From Eledone cirrhosa (lineage: Eukaryota), in the NCBI GenBank assembly GCA_964016885.1, contig OZ024754.1:18352001-18416000 (forward strand): DNA of 64,000 nucleotides, given 5' to 3'. Made by a program: the position numbers and the translations under genes. Every line of letters starts with the position of its first letter. Positions within the stretch are counted from its first letter, which is position 1. Positions 29,827-41,889 of this stretch are shown here, piece by piece. The notes below the pieces were generated by a model. It was not told where the DNA came from and ran no database searches. It saw nothing but the letters and a program-made list of their open reading frames with translations.

Positions 29827-31073
29827 TATTTATTTTACTCCTCTGTATATGTCAACTGCTAAGTTACAGAATATGAACAAACAACAATGTAAACACAGGC
29901 TCAACACATATTCATACTATATATAAAGGGCTTTCTATCTACCAAATTCCACTCCCAAGGCTTTGGTCAACCTTGCCCAAAATGCCGTACAGTTGAACTA
30001 AACTTGAAATCATGTGATTGTGAAACAAATTTCTTAAGCATACAGTCATGCCTGCACCCATCTAACTTTCTTTCAAAACTATTATTAACAGTTGGGGCTT
30101 GATTTAGAGATACTTAAAGTTGAGACTGTTCAGATATGTTAGAAATATTTGGGAAATTTTTTCCCCTCTTCTTTTATCATTGTTTTTCCATTGATTTTCG
30201 ATACTAGCATGGATTGGATAGGATGTTTTGAGACAATGTTTTACAGCTAGATGCCATTCTTCATGTCAACTCTTTTATACGCCTCTTATAACATGCAGGG
30301 ATATGATGTACCTATTCCAAAAACCAGAGTACACATGGCATCAGGGTACATACTAATAAAATATGTATTCTAATCTTAACAATCTTGTTCTGTGGTGGTA
30401 AGCCCCTCATCTGGGATGCAACCTGCATTGATATTTTCTGCAGTAACAACTTGGTGGATTCAGCAACAAACATAGGCTACAGTACTCAAAGTTCTGTCTG
30501 TTAGGGTAAACACATCTGAGACACACATTTACAGTTGTGTCTGTTGGGGTCAGCAAATATGAGAATCACATTTACAGTTTTTTTCAATTAAGGTCGTGAA
30601 GAAACATTCACCTAATGTTTTCAGTTTTCTGTTAAGTTGAATAATTATGTATTGCAGCAGACAAGTTTCTAGGAACTAGATTATAACACTTTACATGTTA
30701 ACTAGAAGAATACATTTATGTAATTTGAAGAAAGAATGAACAAAATAAACAATACATTTAACCTTTTTCTTACCAATCTGTCTGAGACTGCCAATCATTG
30801 TAGAATAATGAAACTTCTGAGACCACCTGCATTTAGCTCTCCATATTTACACCAAAACATTGATGTAAATATCATCACAGCAATAGTAATACCATGTGAT
30901 GTCTACTCTGGTAGATGGTTGGCATTAAGAGCTTGCAGCCATAGAAACTATCTTAAAATGGATCGGTCTAGGACAACCTAACTTATGCCAGCATGAAAAC
31001 CAGACATAATACGATGATGGTGATGAAAGAAAGAGATGTGATTGTTTGATAATCTTCAAAGGTTTTTCACACT

Positions 31074-32476
31074 TGATATTCCCACATAACTACTGTGTAC
31101 AGTATTAACATGGTACACATGACCTGATATTCCCACATGACTACTGTGTACAGTATTAACATGGTACACATGACCTGATATTCCCACATGACTGCTGTGT
31201 ACAGTATTAACATGGTACACATGACCTGATATTCCCACATGACTACTGTGTACAGTATTAACATGGTACACATGACCTGATATTCCTACATGACTGCTGT
31301 GTACAGTATTAACATGGTACACATGACCTGATATTCCTACATGACTACTGTGTACAGTATTAACATGGTACACATGACCTGATATTCCTACATGACTACT
31401 GTGTACAGTATTAACATGGTACACATGACCTGATATTCCCACATGACTACTGTGTACAGTATTAACATGGTACACATGACCTGATATTCCCACATGACTA
31501 CTGTGTACAGTATTAACATGGTACACATGACCTGATATTCCCACATGACTACTGTGTACAGTATTAACATGGTACACATGACCTGATATTCGTACATGAC
31601 TGCTGTGTACAGTATTAACATGGTACACATGACCTGATATTCCTACATGACTGCTGTGTACAGTATTAACATGGTACACATGACCTGATATTCCTACATG
31701 ACTACTGTGTACAGTATTAACATGGTACACATGACCTGATATTCCCACATGACTGCTGTGTACAGTATTAACATGGTACACATGACCTGATATTCCCACA
31801 TGACTGCTGTGTACAGTATTAACATGGTACACATGACCTGATATTCCCACATGACTGCTGTGTACAGTATTAACATGGTACAACATGACATGATATTCCC
31901 ACATGACTGCTGTGTACAGTATTAACATGGTACAACATATGATATTCCCACATGACTGCTGTGTCCAGTATTAACATGGTACAACATGACATGATATTCT
32001 CACATGACTGCTGTGTACAGTATTAACATGGTACATGACATGATATTCCCACATGACTGCTGTGTACAGTATTAACATGGTACAACATGACATGATATTC
32101 TCACATGACTGCTGTGTACAGTATTAACATGGTACACATGACCTGATATTCCCACATGACTGCTGTGTACAGTATTAACATGGTACAACATGACATGATA
32201 TTCCCACATGACTGCTGTGTACAGTATTAACATGGTACAACATATGATATTCCCACATGACTGCTGTGTACAGTATTAACATGGTACAACATGACATGAT
32301 ATTCCCACATGACTGCTGTGTACAGTATTAACATGGTACAACATGACATGATATTCTCACATGACTGCTGTGTACAGTATTAACATGGTACATGACATGA
32401 TATTCCCACATGACTACCGTGTACAGTATTAACATGATACCACATGACCTGATATTCCTACATGACTGCTGTGTAC
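31074..32476. repeat. 51-bp minisatellite, about 27 units, with indel variants in the right third
   Basis: Unit TGATATTCCCACATGACT(A/G)CTGTGTACAGTATTAACATGGTACACATGACC. Confidence 0.97.
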
Positions 32477-32717
32477 GGGTTAGAGCTTCTATTAACATAT
32501 AGGTGGTGTAGTGGGGTACCTCTATCATATGTTGGTACTGTTTGTCAAGGTTGGGGTACTTCTATCATATGCTGGTACTGTTAAGGTAGGGGTGGGGCAG
32601 GGTACCTCTATCATATGTTGGTACTGTTTGTCATGGTAGGGTGTGGGAAGCTTCCATCTTACTACTGAGTGGCCAGTTTTCTACTCTTTAAGAATGTCTT
32701 GTAGCACAGGACATTAA

Positions 32718-32938
32718 CCTTTTAGCATTTACATTACTCTATATATACTATTGTATTTTCGTAGTAAAGGCTTTATCTTACATAATTATCTCACATAATA
32801 TCGAACCTATGAGATTTTGATGTTATTTATTTTGAGAACAATACCTTAATATAGGTATGAGCGGCCAGTTACAGCCGGTTTGAACAGAAAGTGGTGAAGG
32901 AGTTCTGGCCAGATACGGCCAGTTTAAATGCTAAAGGG
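32718..32938 (-). mobile_element. piggyBac-type MITE
   Basis: TTAA-CCTTTTAGCATTTA ... TAAATGCTAAAGGG-TTAA. Confidence 0.8.
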
Positions 32939-33794
32939 TTAATGCAGTACAGGACATTAAGAGTTAAGATAATTTAACAATAGGTTGTTGCTGTTCCAAC
33001 AAAACCCTAGTTTGGACATTCAATTATCTTATAATATTGATAAAATATGTTAATAATGTATAATTACTCAATTGAAAACACTAAACTATGTGTGACGTTA
33101 TATAATCCACTCCTACTTCATATTGGTACATATTTTTAGGTCAGTATTCATAATTAACTATTATTTTAGTTATGCTATATAGTTAATAACACACATTTTC
33201 ATTCATTAAATTATGCAATACAAAGACACCAGTTGCATAAACTTTCCCCAGGAAGCAATCTTATCTCAAAAATCACTTATAGTCACACCCTATATAGGAG
33301 AATTGTTAAAAGAGTTAAAAACCAAGTCATATTTCCTATAACTGACACAGTAATTATTAGGTATTGCCTTTCAAATGAATAGGAATGTAATATATTAAAA
33401 GAAGAATAAAGAAAGCCAATACTGTGAATATTTCATTGCTCAATGCATCAAACAATGTCAACATTTAATATATAATGCAATACACTTTCCTAGCACAAAA
33501 GTTACAGCAAAGTATTTAAAAAAAAAACGCTATTCATTTGTAGAAGATTTCTATCTTAAAATATCAAATTACAGAAGAATAATCAAGTAGATTAAATATT
33601 GATCAGCATATTTTAAATGGATGCGATTGTAAACATTTACATTTGTTATGGGTTGGTTTTTATTTATTTTTTCTTCTCAAGAAGTAATGTTGCATTCATC
33701 ATCATTACAAGAAAATATAAAGAAGCTTTTAAAGAGAATAATTTCAGAATTGTCTGTAATTGTAACTATTACAGTTCTAGACAAAATATAGCTA

Positions 33795-34470
33795 TAGGTT
33801 AGTAACTATATTGTAGTTAGAGATGAAATACAGTTGTAGGTGTTAGTAACTATATTGTAGTTAGAGATGAAATACAGTTGTAGGTGTTAGTAACTATAAT
33901 TATAGCAGTTCAAGACAAAATAGAGCTATAGGTATTAGTAACTACAAAATAGAGCTATAGGTGTTAGTAACTACAAAATAGAGCTATAGGTGTTAGTAAC
34001 TACAAAATAGAGCTATAGGTGTTAGTAACTACAAAATAGAGCTATAGGTATTAGTAACTACAAAATAGAGCTATAGGTGTTAGTAACTACAAAATAGAGC
34101 TATAGGTGTTAGTAACTACAAAATAGAGCTATAGGTGTTAGTAACTACAAAATAGAGCTATAGGTGTTAGTAACTACAAAATAGAGCTATAGGTGTTAGT
34201 AACTACAAAATAGAGCTATAGGTGTTAGTAACTACAAAATAGAGCTATAGGTGTTAGTAACTACAAAATAGAGCTATAGGTGTTAGTAACTACAAAATAG
34301 AGCTATAGGTGTTAGTAACTACAAAATAGAGCTATAGGTGTTAGTAACTACAAAATAGAGCTATAGGTGTTAGTAACTACAAAATAGAGCTATAGGTGTT
34401 AGTAACTACAAAATAGAGCTATAGGTGTTAGTAACTATAAAATAGAGCTATAGGTATTAGTAACTATAAC
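33795..34470. repeat. 29-bp minisatellite GTAACTACAAAATAGAGCTATAGGTGTTA (about 19 units) with longer related units on the flanks
   Basis: Directly visible; the flanking longer units share TAGGTGTTAGTAACTA. Confidence 0.95.
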
Positions 34471-34589
34471 TATTGCAATTACAGACGAAATATAGTGACA
34501 GGTATTACTAACTATAAATATTGAGGCTATAGATGAAATTTACTCTTAACATCCTGTTGCACATGAAACTGCATTATTAAGGCATTCTT

Positions 34590-34764
34590 CTGCAGTATCA
34601 CTAGAGGGTCGGACGCCATGCTTTGCAGCATAGAGTTATGTCACTTTACAGTCTGAGTTCAAATGTCCGAGGTTAACTTTGTCTTTCATCCTTACAGGGT
34701 CAATAAAATAAAGTACCAGTAATGCACTGGGATAATTGCTGGCCTTGTGCCAAAAGTAGAAATA
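34590..34764 (+). mobile_element. SINE family B copy
   Basis: 17-bp TSD ATTATTAAGGCATTCTT; a second, 3'-truncated copy follows at 34822-34920. Confidence 0.88.
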
Positions 34765-35754
34765 ATTATTAAGGCATTCTTTAAAAGTACAAAATAGTAC
34801 TATGACTACATCACATTAAGAATTGGCAGTATCGGTAGAGGGTCGGACGCCATGCTTTCCAGCATAGTTATGTCCCTTTACGATCTGAGTTCAAATCCCG
34901 CCGAGGTTGACTTTGCCTTTATAATATTTTCTGTTGAATCATTACAGGATGTTAAGAGGTAAGTCATGGTTAGTGTGTATGTGTATAATGATGATGATGA
35001 TCATCATCATCGTTTAACGTCCATCTTCCACGCTAGCCGGGTTAGACAATTTTGTTCCATTTGATGCAGGAATGGTCGAGAGACCGTGTCTCGCTCGTTC
35101 GGAAGTGACTCTGGCAGGTTTTTTTACAGCTGGATGCTATAACCACTATACACCCTTCCATACACCCCACACACCCCAACACCTTCCTACTTCAGTCCAC
35201 ACTGCCCATACACTGTAAAGTGTTCCTCCACAGTGTAAAGTGGTCGTGTAGGTGTCACAACAAATAACACCCAGCCCACACTGCAAATTAGTCATGTAGG
35301 TGTCATGACAAAAAGCACACAACACACACATTATGTGAGGTAAAGCCTTTACCGTGAAAATACAATAATAAATATAAAGTAATGAAATGCTAAAGAGTTA
35401 AGTCTTTTGATATCAAACTGGCAGAAACTGCCCAAAGCTGTTTGCTTTAACCCTTTAGTTAACATGTTTCTAATGAAATACATTTTATTTAAACTAATTA
35501 CAAAAGAATATCAAGGGATTTACTACAATTATTAATTATTTCAACTAAATAGTCAATCAATAATGCTAGACAGCAGTTAGTAAATATCTTTGTAGTGGTA
35601 AGACACTCTCAGGAGAGCTGGACAGCAGAAAGTTTTCAAAGAAGAAACCCCCCTTAAGCAAGTGTTTCAACTCAGGTAAGGTTATTGTTGCCTTTGATGA
35701 GTTAAATGTAGTGGAAACAAAATTGACAATATAAAAAAAAAATTTATTTAACAG

Positions 35755-35995
35755 GAAGGAGAATGAGGAAGAGGAGGGGGGAGGGGGGAGATGAAGGGCG
35801 GGAAGAGCAGGAAGAGGAGAGGGAAGAGCAGGAGGAGAGGGGAAGAGGAGGAAGAGCAAGAGGAGGAAGAGCAGGAGGAGAGGGAAAAGGAGGAAGAGCA
35901 GGAGGAGGGGGAAGAGCAGGAAATGCAGGAGGAGGGGGAAGAGCAGGAAGTGCAGGAGGAAGAGGAGCAGGAGGAAGAACAGAAGGAGGAGACTT
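35755..35995. repeat. (GGA/GAA/GCA) purine-rich low-complexity tract
   Basis: Directly visible; the ORFs in several frames are artefacts. Confidence 0.85.
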
Positions 35996-36514
35996 AATTG
36001 AATTTATAATTTGAATTTTAAGAATCCACAAAGCTAGAAATAAAGAAGAGAAAAGAGATAAAAACAAAATATTTTTTAAAAACCAAATCTTTATTTTTGT
36101 AGCAAATAAATTAATTTGATGTTGACAGGATGTAAATTATGGTTGTGTTAGAAGACGCTCATTTCAATTCAGGTTATATTGATAGATTATTATTATTTGA
36201 ATTATTAACAGAAGAAAATAGTGAGATTTTATAATTATATCAACTAAAAAGATAGCTTACACTATAAGACTTCTACATGAATGGTTTGCTCATAGAATCC
36301 TATAACCCAGGCATAAGTGCGTGCATGTTGACAATGTGTAACAACAGTGAAATGTATTCAATGCTCTTATCCTAGTTGTTGGGGTAGCTGTGACATGTTC
36401 ACAGTCAAAATATAGTGAGACTATACAAAACCAAAATGGAATTTACAACTCATAACTATGTAGGTTTTGCTCCTTCCAAGTTGCATTTCATAAGGGTTTT
36501 CTTGGGTGTTTTAA

Positions 36515-36732
36515 TCCTTTAGCATATAAACCGGCCGTATAGGGCCCAAATTCGCTCACCTCTTTCTGTTGAAATTAGTCATAACCAGCTGCTCATACTA
36601 ATGTTAAGATATTGTTCTCAAAATAAATAATATCAAAATCTTGTAGATTCAATATTATGCGGGATAATTATTGAGATAGTGTTTACCATGAAAATACAAT
36701 AGTAAATATAGAGTAATGTAAATGCTAAAGGG
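36515..36732 (+). mobile_element. piggyBac-type MITE
   Basis: TTAA-TCCTTTAGCAT ... ATGCTAAAGGG-TTAA. Confidence 0.8.
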
Positions 36733-37524
36733 TTAATGATAAGGTCCCCAATATTATCAAGAAAAGCTATGTAAAATGAAGCATCTTGGTTGAGAATACA
36801 ATGCACAACCCACCCAATCCAAGAATAGAACCCACAACTTCATGGTTGTTCACCCAACACTCTAACCATTATGATATATGCCTTTACAAATCTATTAATG
36901 AAAAACTGAAGCTTCACCAGAAATATTTTAGAACAAACACTGACCTCATGTCTGGTATACTGCTCTGAAACCTGGCTACAATAACTTAGTCTAAACATAA
37001 TACACACTGTTATTGATCAAGCATTAGTCTCCATAATGGCTCTCTTACTGCTATAACTACAATCAATATTCTTTTTTTATGCAATAATTTAGGTATGCCA
37101 GAGCTATTTTTTACTCATTCTAATTTCTCTATCAGTTATTTTACCTTCATTTCACACAATGATTATCTTTTTATAAGCAGGTTTTCTATTTAAAAAAAAA
37201 TTCTATATTGATATTCAGAATAACAAATTACAAAGAATAAAAGAAAGCTATACTTTTATTATCTAAACATATTCTAGTTACTACAGAAATGGTTTCTCAA
37301 TTTTATTTTGAATAAAAAGGTGTTCCCCCCTGTAGCCTCTATATCAACTTTAATCTGCTCAATATCCATTACTTTTGCAGCAATAAATATATCATTCCTC
37401 CTGTTATACTGCATATATAAAGGAAAGGAACTAGTCACGGGATCAAACCTTACCAACAATAAATATATCATTACCCTTCTCTTTTAATACTGCATATATA
37501 AAGGAAAGGAGCTGGGCATGAGAT

Positions 37525-38510
37525 TAAACCAAGGAAACAATGTTTACACTGATTTTTTCCATTGTTGATAATGTATTTGTTGTAGTGGGTTTGTGTTTGC
37601 AGGTTTGTATTGTAGGGCTTGAAATTTTCCAGCATTAAACTGCATGTTGTTATCTTCAGCCCATTTGTATATGGCATCCAGATCTTGCTGTAAAAGGGCA
37701 GATTCAGGCGTGTTTTTGATTGCCTGTGCTACCTTAGTGTCATCAGCATAAGTAGTGAGGGTTGTTGTATGTACTATAGAGGGCATGTCTGAGAGAGCCA
37801 CCAAAAACAATGGTGGTCCCAAGATTGTGCCCTGGGGCACCCCACTTGTTACTGATGTTTCCTTTGAGAGGGCCCAGTTTGCTGCAACTGTCTGGCTTCT
37901 GTCCTTTAAGAAGTCATGCAGTCACTCACCTACTTTTCCAGTTATGCCGAGTCCGTATAGTTTATGACATATCGTTCCGTGGTGGACCTTGTCAAAGGCC
38001 TTCGCAAAGTCAAGATATATCACGTCCACATGTGAGCTGTCTAGCAGTTGTTTCAGTACCCAGTCGTAGTGTTGTAGCAGCTATGTAAGGCAGCTTCTTC
38101 CTGGGCGGAAGCCATGCTGCGTGCTAGTCAGGCGGTCATTTTTCTCGAGGAACGTGATCAGTTTCTTTCTGACAACTCGCTCCATGACCTTACTGATATG
38201 TGACGTCAGGGAGACTGGCCTATAGTTTTTGGCCTCTGCTCTGCTACCTCCTTTCTTGATAGGGCATATTGTGCCTTCTTTCAGCTCTCTGGGTAGTTTA
38301 CCGCTAGCCAAGGAGCTTCTGAAGAGGGGCATCAGTGGAGTTGCTAAGGCACGCTTACATGTTTTTAGGAGGATTGCTGGGAATCCATCAGGTCCAGCAG
38401 CTGAGTCTGTTCTAATTTCATCTATGGCGTATACGACATCCTCCTCCGTTATGTTTATGTGGTTGATGGTCGCCATTTCTTCATGGAGTGTTGTGGCATC
38501 AAATAAATCC
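37525..38510 (-). mobile_element. CR1-group LINE reverse transcriptase fragment (pseudogenised)
   Basis: SAAGPDGF..NYRPVSLTSHISKVMERVV..QHGFRPGRSCLT*..IYLDFAKAFDKV..PQGTILGP..YADDTK..LQQDLDAIYKWAEDNNMQFN; stops and frameshifts. Confidence 0.92.
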
Positions 38511-38992
38511 TACTACTGTGCGTCTGTACACATATATGTATGTACGTATACACACTTATATTTAGGTATCAGCCGTACTAAGAGTGAGAAATGAAATTTC
38601 GTTTCATTCTTTTCCATTTATCGTTTTCGGTATGCCCGGCCGACTAACACACTCGATATGCAAATTAGGCTGCTCAGCCATTAATATGCATAAGGAAAGT
38701 ATATACTTTCAGACGTTCAATCATCTGACAGAAAGGTATAAGATGCTGACGATAGCTAATAAGCTTGAAAGTAGTACATCGTTCCTGTGTCAGTGTTGAA
38801 CAAAAGGGTGACGATGGTTGCCGAGCACTGTACGGCGTAATTCGGGCTGTTTGTTTACAAACAAACCGAACATTATAATAAATGTTCGGTAAACCCATAC
38901 GTACATATATATATGTGTGCATGTATGTATATATATATACATACTACTGTGCGTCTGTACACATATATGTATGTACATATACATACTTATAT
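38511..38992 (+). mobile_element. Hammerhead-bearing repeat, family H copy 2, with ~50-bp terminal direct repeat
   Basis: TACTACTGTGCGTCTGTACACATATATGTATGTAC at both 38511 and 38942; the interior is homologous to 13655-13925. Confidence 0.7.
38742..38780 (+). ncRNA. Minimal type-I hammerhead ribozyme motif
   Basis: GATG-CTGACGA-t-AGCT-AATA-AGCT-t-GAAA-GTA-GTA-CATC: perfect stems I and II, GUA cleavage triplet, defective stem III. Confidence 0.65.
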
Positions 38993-39007
38993 ATATATAT
39001 ATGTACA

Positions 39008-39136
39008 GATGAGTTGAGAGAGAAACTGCGTATAAGGATAGGTTGTGGTGTGCAGGAGAGGGCTGAGATGGTATGGACATGTGATGTGCATTGAGGATTA
39101 CCGCTGGGTAAAGAAGTGCCAAGAAATCCCAGTAGA
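39008..39136 (+). mobile_element. RTE-clade LINE fragment
   Basis: DELREKL..GCGVQER/LRWYGHVMCIEDYRWVKKCQEIPVE (one frameshift); similar to 58604-58924. Confidence 0.8.
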
Positions 39137-39666
39137 ATCCCAGTGATTAAGCAGAGCAGTTGCCGGTCCAGCAAAAATTAGAAATTAGTATCAGTGCTCT
39201 GAAATAGTGATGTATGTATGACTGTATGTATAGTATATTTGATAATATACTGTATGTTTATTTTAAAACATTTTGAAGACCATTCGCTATGAGTCTTAAA
39301 GTGGTGACTATGTCACTTACTTTGTCTCAGCAAAAACAATTTCAGAGCCCTGATACTAATTTCTAATTTTTGCTGGACCGGCAACTGCTCTGCTTAATCA
39401 GCTCTTAAACATCACTGGAATTCTATAAGGATCCAGCTTCGATAAGTCTCAGCAGAAGCGGAGGGATAAGCAATCTTGATAACCGTTAACAAAAGAGAAA
39501 CAGCTGTCAGTTGATTCCCTTTGTTTTTGCCGAGACAAAGTAAGTGACATAGTCACTACTTGAAAACGCACAGCAAATGGTCTTCAAAATGTTTTTAAAT
39601 AACCATACAGTATATTATCAAATATGCTATACATACAGTCATACATACATTGCTATATCAGGACAC
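39133..39666. repeat. Interleaved inverted repeats A-B-A'-spacer-B'
   Basis: A 39144-39205 vs A' 39339-39400 (61/62 complementary); B 39206-39339 vs B' 39521-39655 (more diverged). Confidence 0.9.
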
Positions 39667-39930
39667 TTTTCCCTGCTTGCAAAGGTGGGACGGGAACTGA
39701 TTCTGGCTTGATTTCTACAGCTGGATGCCCTTCCTAACACCAACCTCATTTACAGTGAATGCTGGGTGCTTTTTTTTTCATGGCGCCTACACGTCCACTT
39801 TACAGTGTGGGCTGGGTGCTTTTTGCCGTGGCACCTCCACGACCACTTTGCAGTGGAATGATAGGGACCCCAGTCCTATCATCTCATTTCTACAGCTGAG
39901 TAAACTGGGGCAATGTGAAATAAAGTGTCT
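39666..39930 (-). mobile_element. SINE family A variant, truncated, with a duplicated internal module
   Basis: Matches 3225-3440 plus an extra TTTACAGTGTGGGCTGGGTGCTTTTT unit. Confidence 0.88.
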
Positions 39931-39972
39931 AATATATATATGTATAATATATATATATATTATATATATATA

Positions 39973-40400
39973 ATGTCACTGGACCGAGATCTTTGGCACT
40001 ACACAGTAATACAGAAGACCTGCCTTGCCTAAGTACAAAGCGAAACCTACAGTCAGTAGGCACCTCTTAACAAAAATACAACCCCGTCCCACTACCCCCA
40101 CCCCTTTCGATGTAAAGTTATGTTGGTACCACAACATCCACTCCGAAATAAATGAGGTCGTGTAGGTGTCATGACAAAAAAAAAAACAGTCCACGCTTTA
40201 ATGTGGCCGTCTAGGTAATATGGTAAAAACCTCTCAGTCCACACTGTAAACGTGGTTGGTGTTAGGAAGGGCATCCAGCCGTAGAAAACCCGCCAGACAG
40301 TCCTATACGAGCAAGACAACCAATCTTGCCTCAAGTGGGAAAATTCCCATCCAAACCCATGCTAGCGTGGAAGATGGACGTTAAACGATGATGATGATGA
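39973..40400 (+). mobile_element. 3' end of the RTE LINE family seen at 8180-9180
   Basis: Colinear with 8721-9180 (ATGTCACTGGACCGAGA ... GGACGTTAAACGATGATG). Confidence 0.88.
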
Positions 40401-40424
40401 TATATATTATATATATATATGTAT

Positions 40425-40645
40425 GATTTTATCATTTATTTTGTCTGACCTGTTTAGCTTGACTTGTTTTTTGGCTTAGGTGGTTAATGCCTTCTTGACC
40501 GCCTCCTCAGTTTGTATGGCGTTTATAACTTATGTTTATTGCTCTGCTTTTTTAAACTGTGGAGCGCTTGCCAGCTTGACTCTGAATTTGCATTACGTTT
40601 CGCTTTTTCTACCTGCCGAAAAGCAATTCTCGCTGAATTTATATT
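40425..40645 (+). repeat. Unclassified interspersed repeat
   Basis: Inverted homolog of 21695-21892. Confidence 0.75.
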
Positions 40646-40699
40646 TATATATGTATATATATATATGTGTGTCTATATATATATATATATATTATTATG

Positions 40700-41000
40700 T
40701 CAGGTCACCAGTTGGTGCTACTTGTAACATGTATCCCAGTACAACCTGTCTCATGGTCGGGTCGTTGGCGACTAAACTGGCAACCCCACCAAGGTTTCTT
40801 GGTGAGGAGGGTGACTTTGGACATCCAGCAGAACTAAAAACAAAATCTGTCAAAGGGAAAAGGAGCTCTTAAGAGTTAATGGCCATCCAAAATCACCGGG
40901 AGAGATGACCCCTTAGCCTTTGTCAAGGCAGAATTCTAGGAGAAGGAAAACTCTTATATAACACCTGCAACTCTGATGATATCCAATGATGTTGACTTTT
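40700..41000 (+). mobile_element. Possible RTE-type LINE 5'-UTR fragment
   Basis: GC-richer island between (TA)n tracts; CTAGGAGAAGGAAAACTCT is a motif I associate with RTE 5' UTRs (recall only). Confidence 0.3.
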
Positions 41001-41519
41001 TCTTCTTTTTGGTAAATATCATCTTGGTTAAGAGAGTGGGACTGGCTTTGTGCAGTGCCTTTGTTCACTATAAAAGCTTCACGGCACAGGCATTGCTTTA
41101 TATCTGGAGATCTCTCTACACTTGTCGTCATATGGTAACATATGGTAACACTTGTCGTCATATGGCGGGTTTGTGGTTTTTATATATATATATATAATAT
41201 ATATGCATATATAGATACATGTATATATATGTGTCATCATCATCACCGTTTTACGTCCGTTCTTCCACGCTAGCATCGGTTAGACGGAAATATTTTGTAT
41301 ATATATATATATATATGTATTTGTATATATATATATATGTATCTGTATATATATATATATATGTATCTGTATATATATATATATATATGTATCTGTATAT
41401 ATATATATATATATATATGTATCTGTATATATGTATATATATATATATATATATATAGTTATGTACTAAACAACATAAGGCAATTATTCCACTTTTACTT
41501 CATTTATATATATGTATAT

Positions 41520-41860
41520 GGAGGCACATGGCTTAGTGGTTAGAGCATTGGCCTTGCAATCGAAAGGTTGTGAGTTCAATTCTCAGACCGGGTGATGTGT
41601 TGTTTCCTTGAGCAAGACACTTTATTTCACATTGCTCCAGTTTACTCAGCTGTAGAAATGAGATGATAGGGACTGGGGTCCCTATCATTCCACTGCAAAG
41701 TGGTCGTGGAGGTGCCACGGCAAAAAAGCACCCAGCACTCACTGTAAATGAGGTTGGTGTTAGGAAGGGCATCCAGCTGTAGAAATCAAGCCAGAATCAG
41801 TTCCCGTCCCACCCTTGCAAGCAGGGAAAAGCGGACGTAAAATGATGATGATGATGATGA
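41520..41860 (+). mobile_element. SINE family A, full-length copy
   Basis: tRNA-like A and B boxes, CORE-like block, GGTTGGTGTTAGGAAGGGCATCCAGC module, RTE-like tail, (ATG)n. Confidence 0.92.
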
Positions 41861-41889
41861 TATATATGTGTGTATATATATATATTTAT

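Noticed and set aside
31056-31928. 290-aa His/Val-rich repeat ORF (HVYHVNTVHSSHVGISG)n
   Set aside because: The 51-bp unit is a multiple of 3, and neighbouring units carry frame-breaking indels, arguing against coding constraint.
35744-36067. Pro-rich, Glu-rich and RGG-rich ORFs
   Set aside because: Low-complexity purine tract open in several frames on both strands.
40700-40790. HDV-like ribozyme in the putative RTE 5' UTR
   Set aside because: P2 (CCAGT/ACTGG), a short P4 and a CTAA junction fit, but P1 and P3 do not pair by eye; it needs a covariance search.
41520-41592. tRNA gene calls at SINE heads
   Set aside because: The tRNA-like heads run into SINE bodies and lack a full cloverleaf and terminator.
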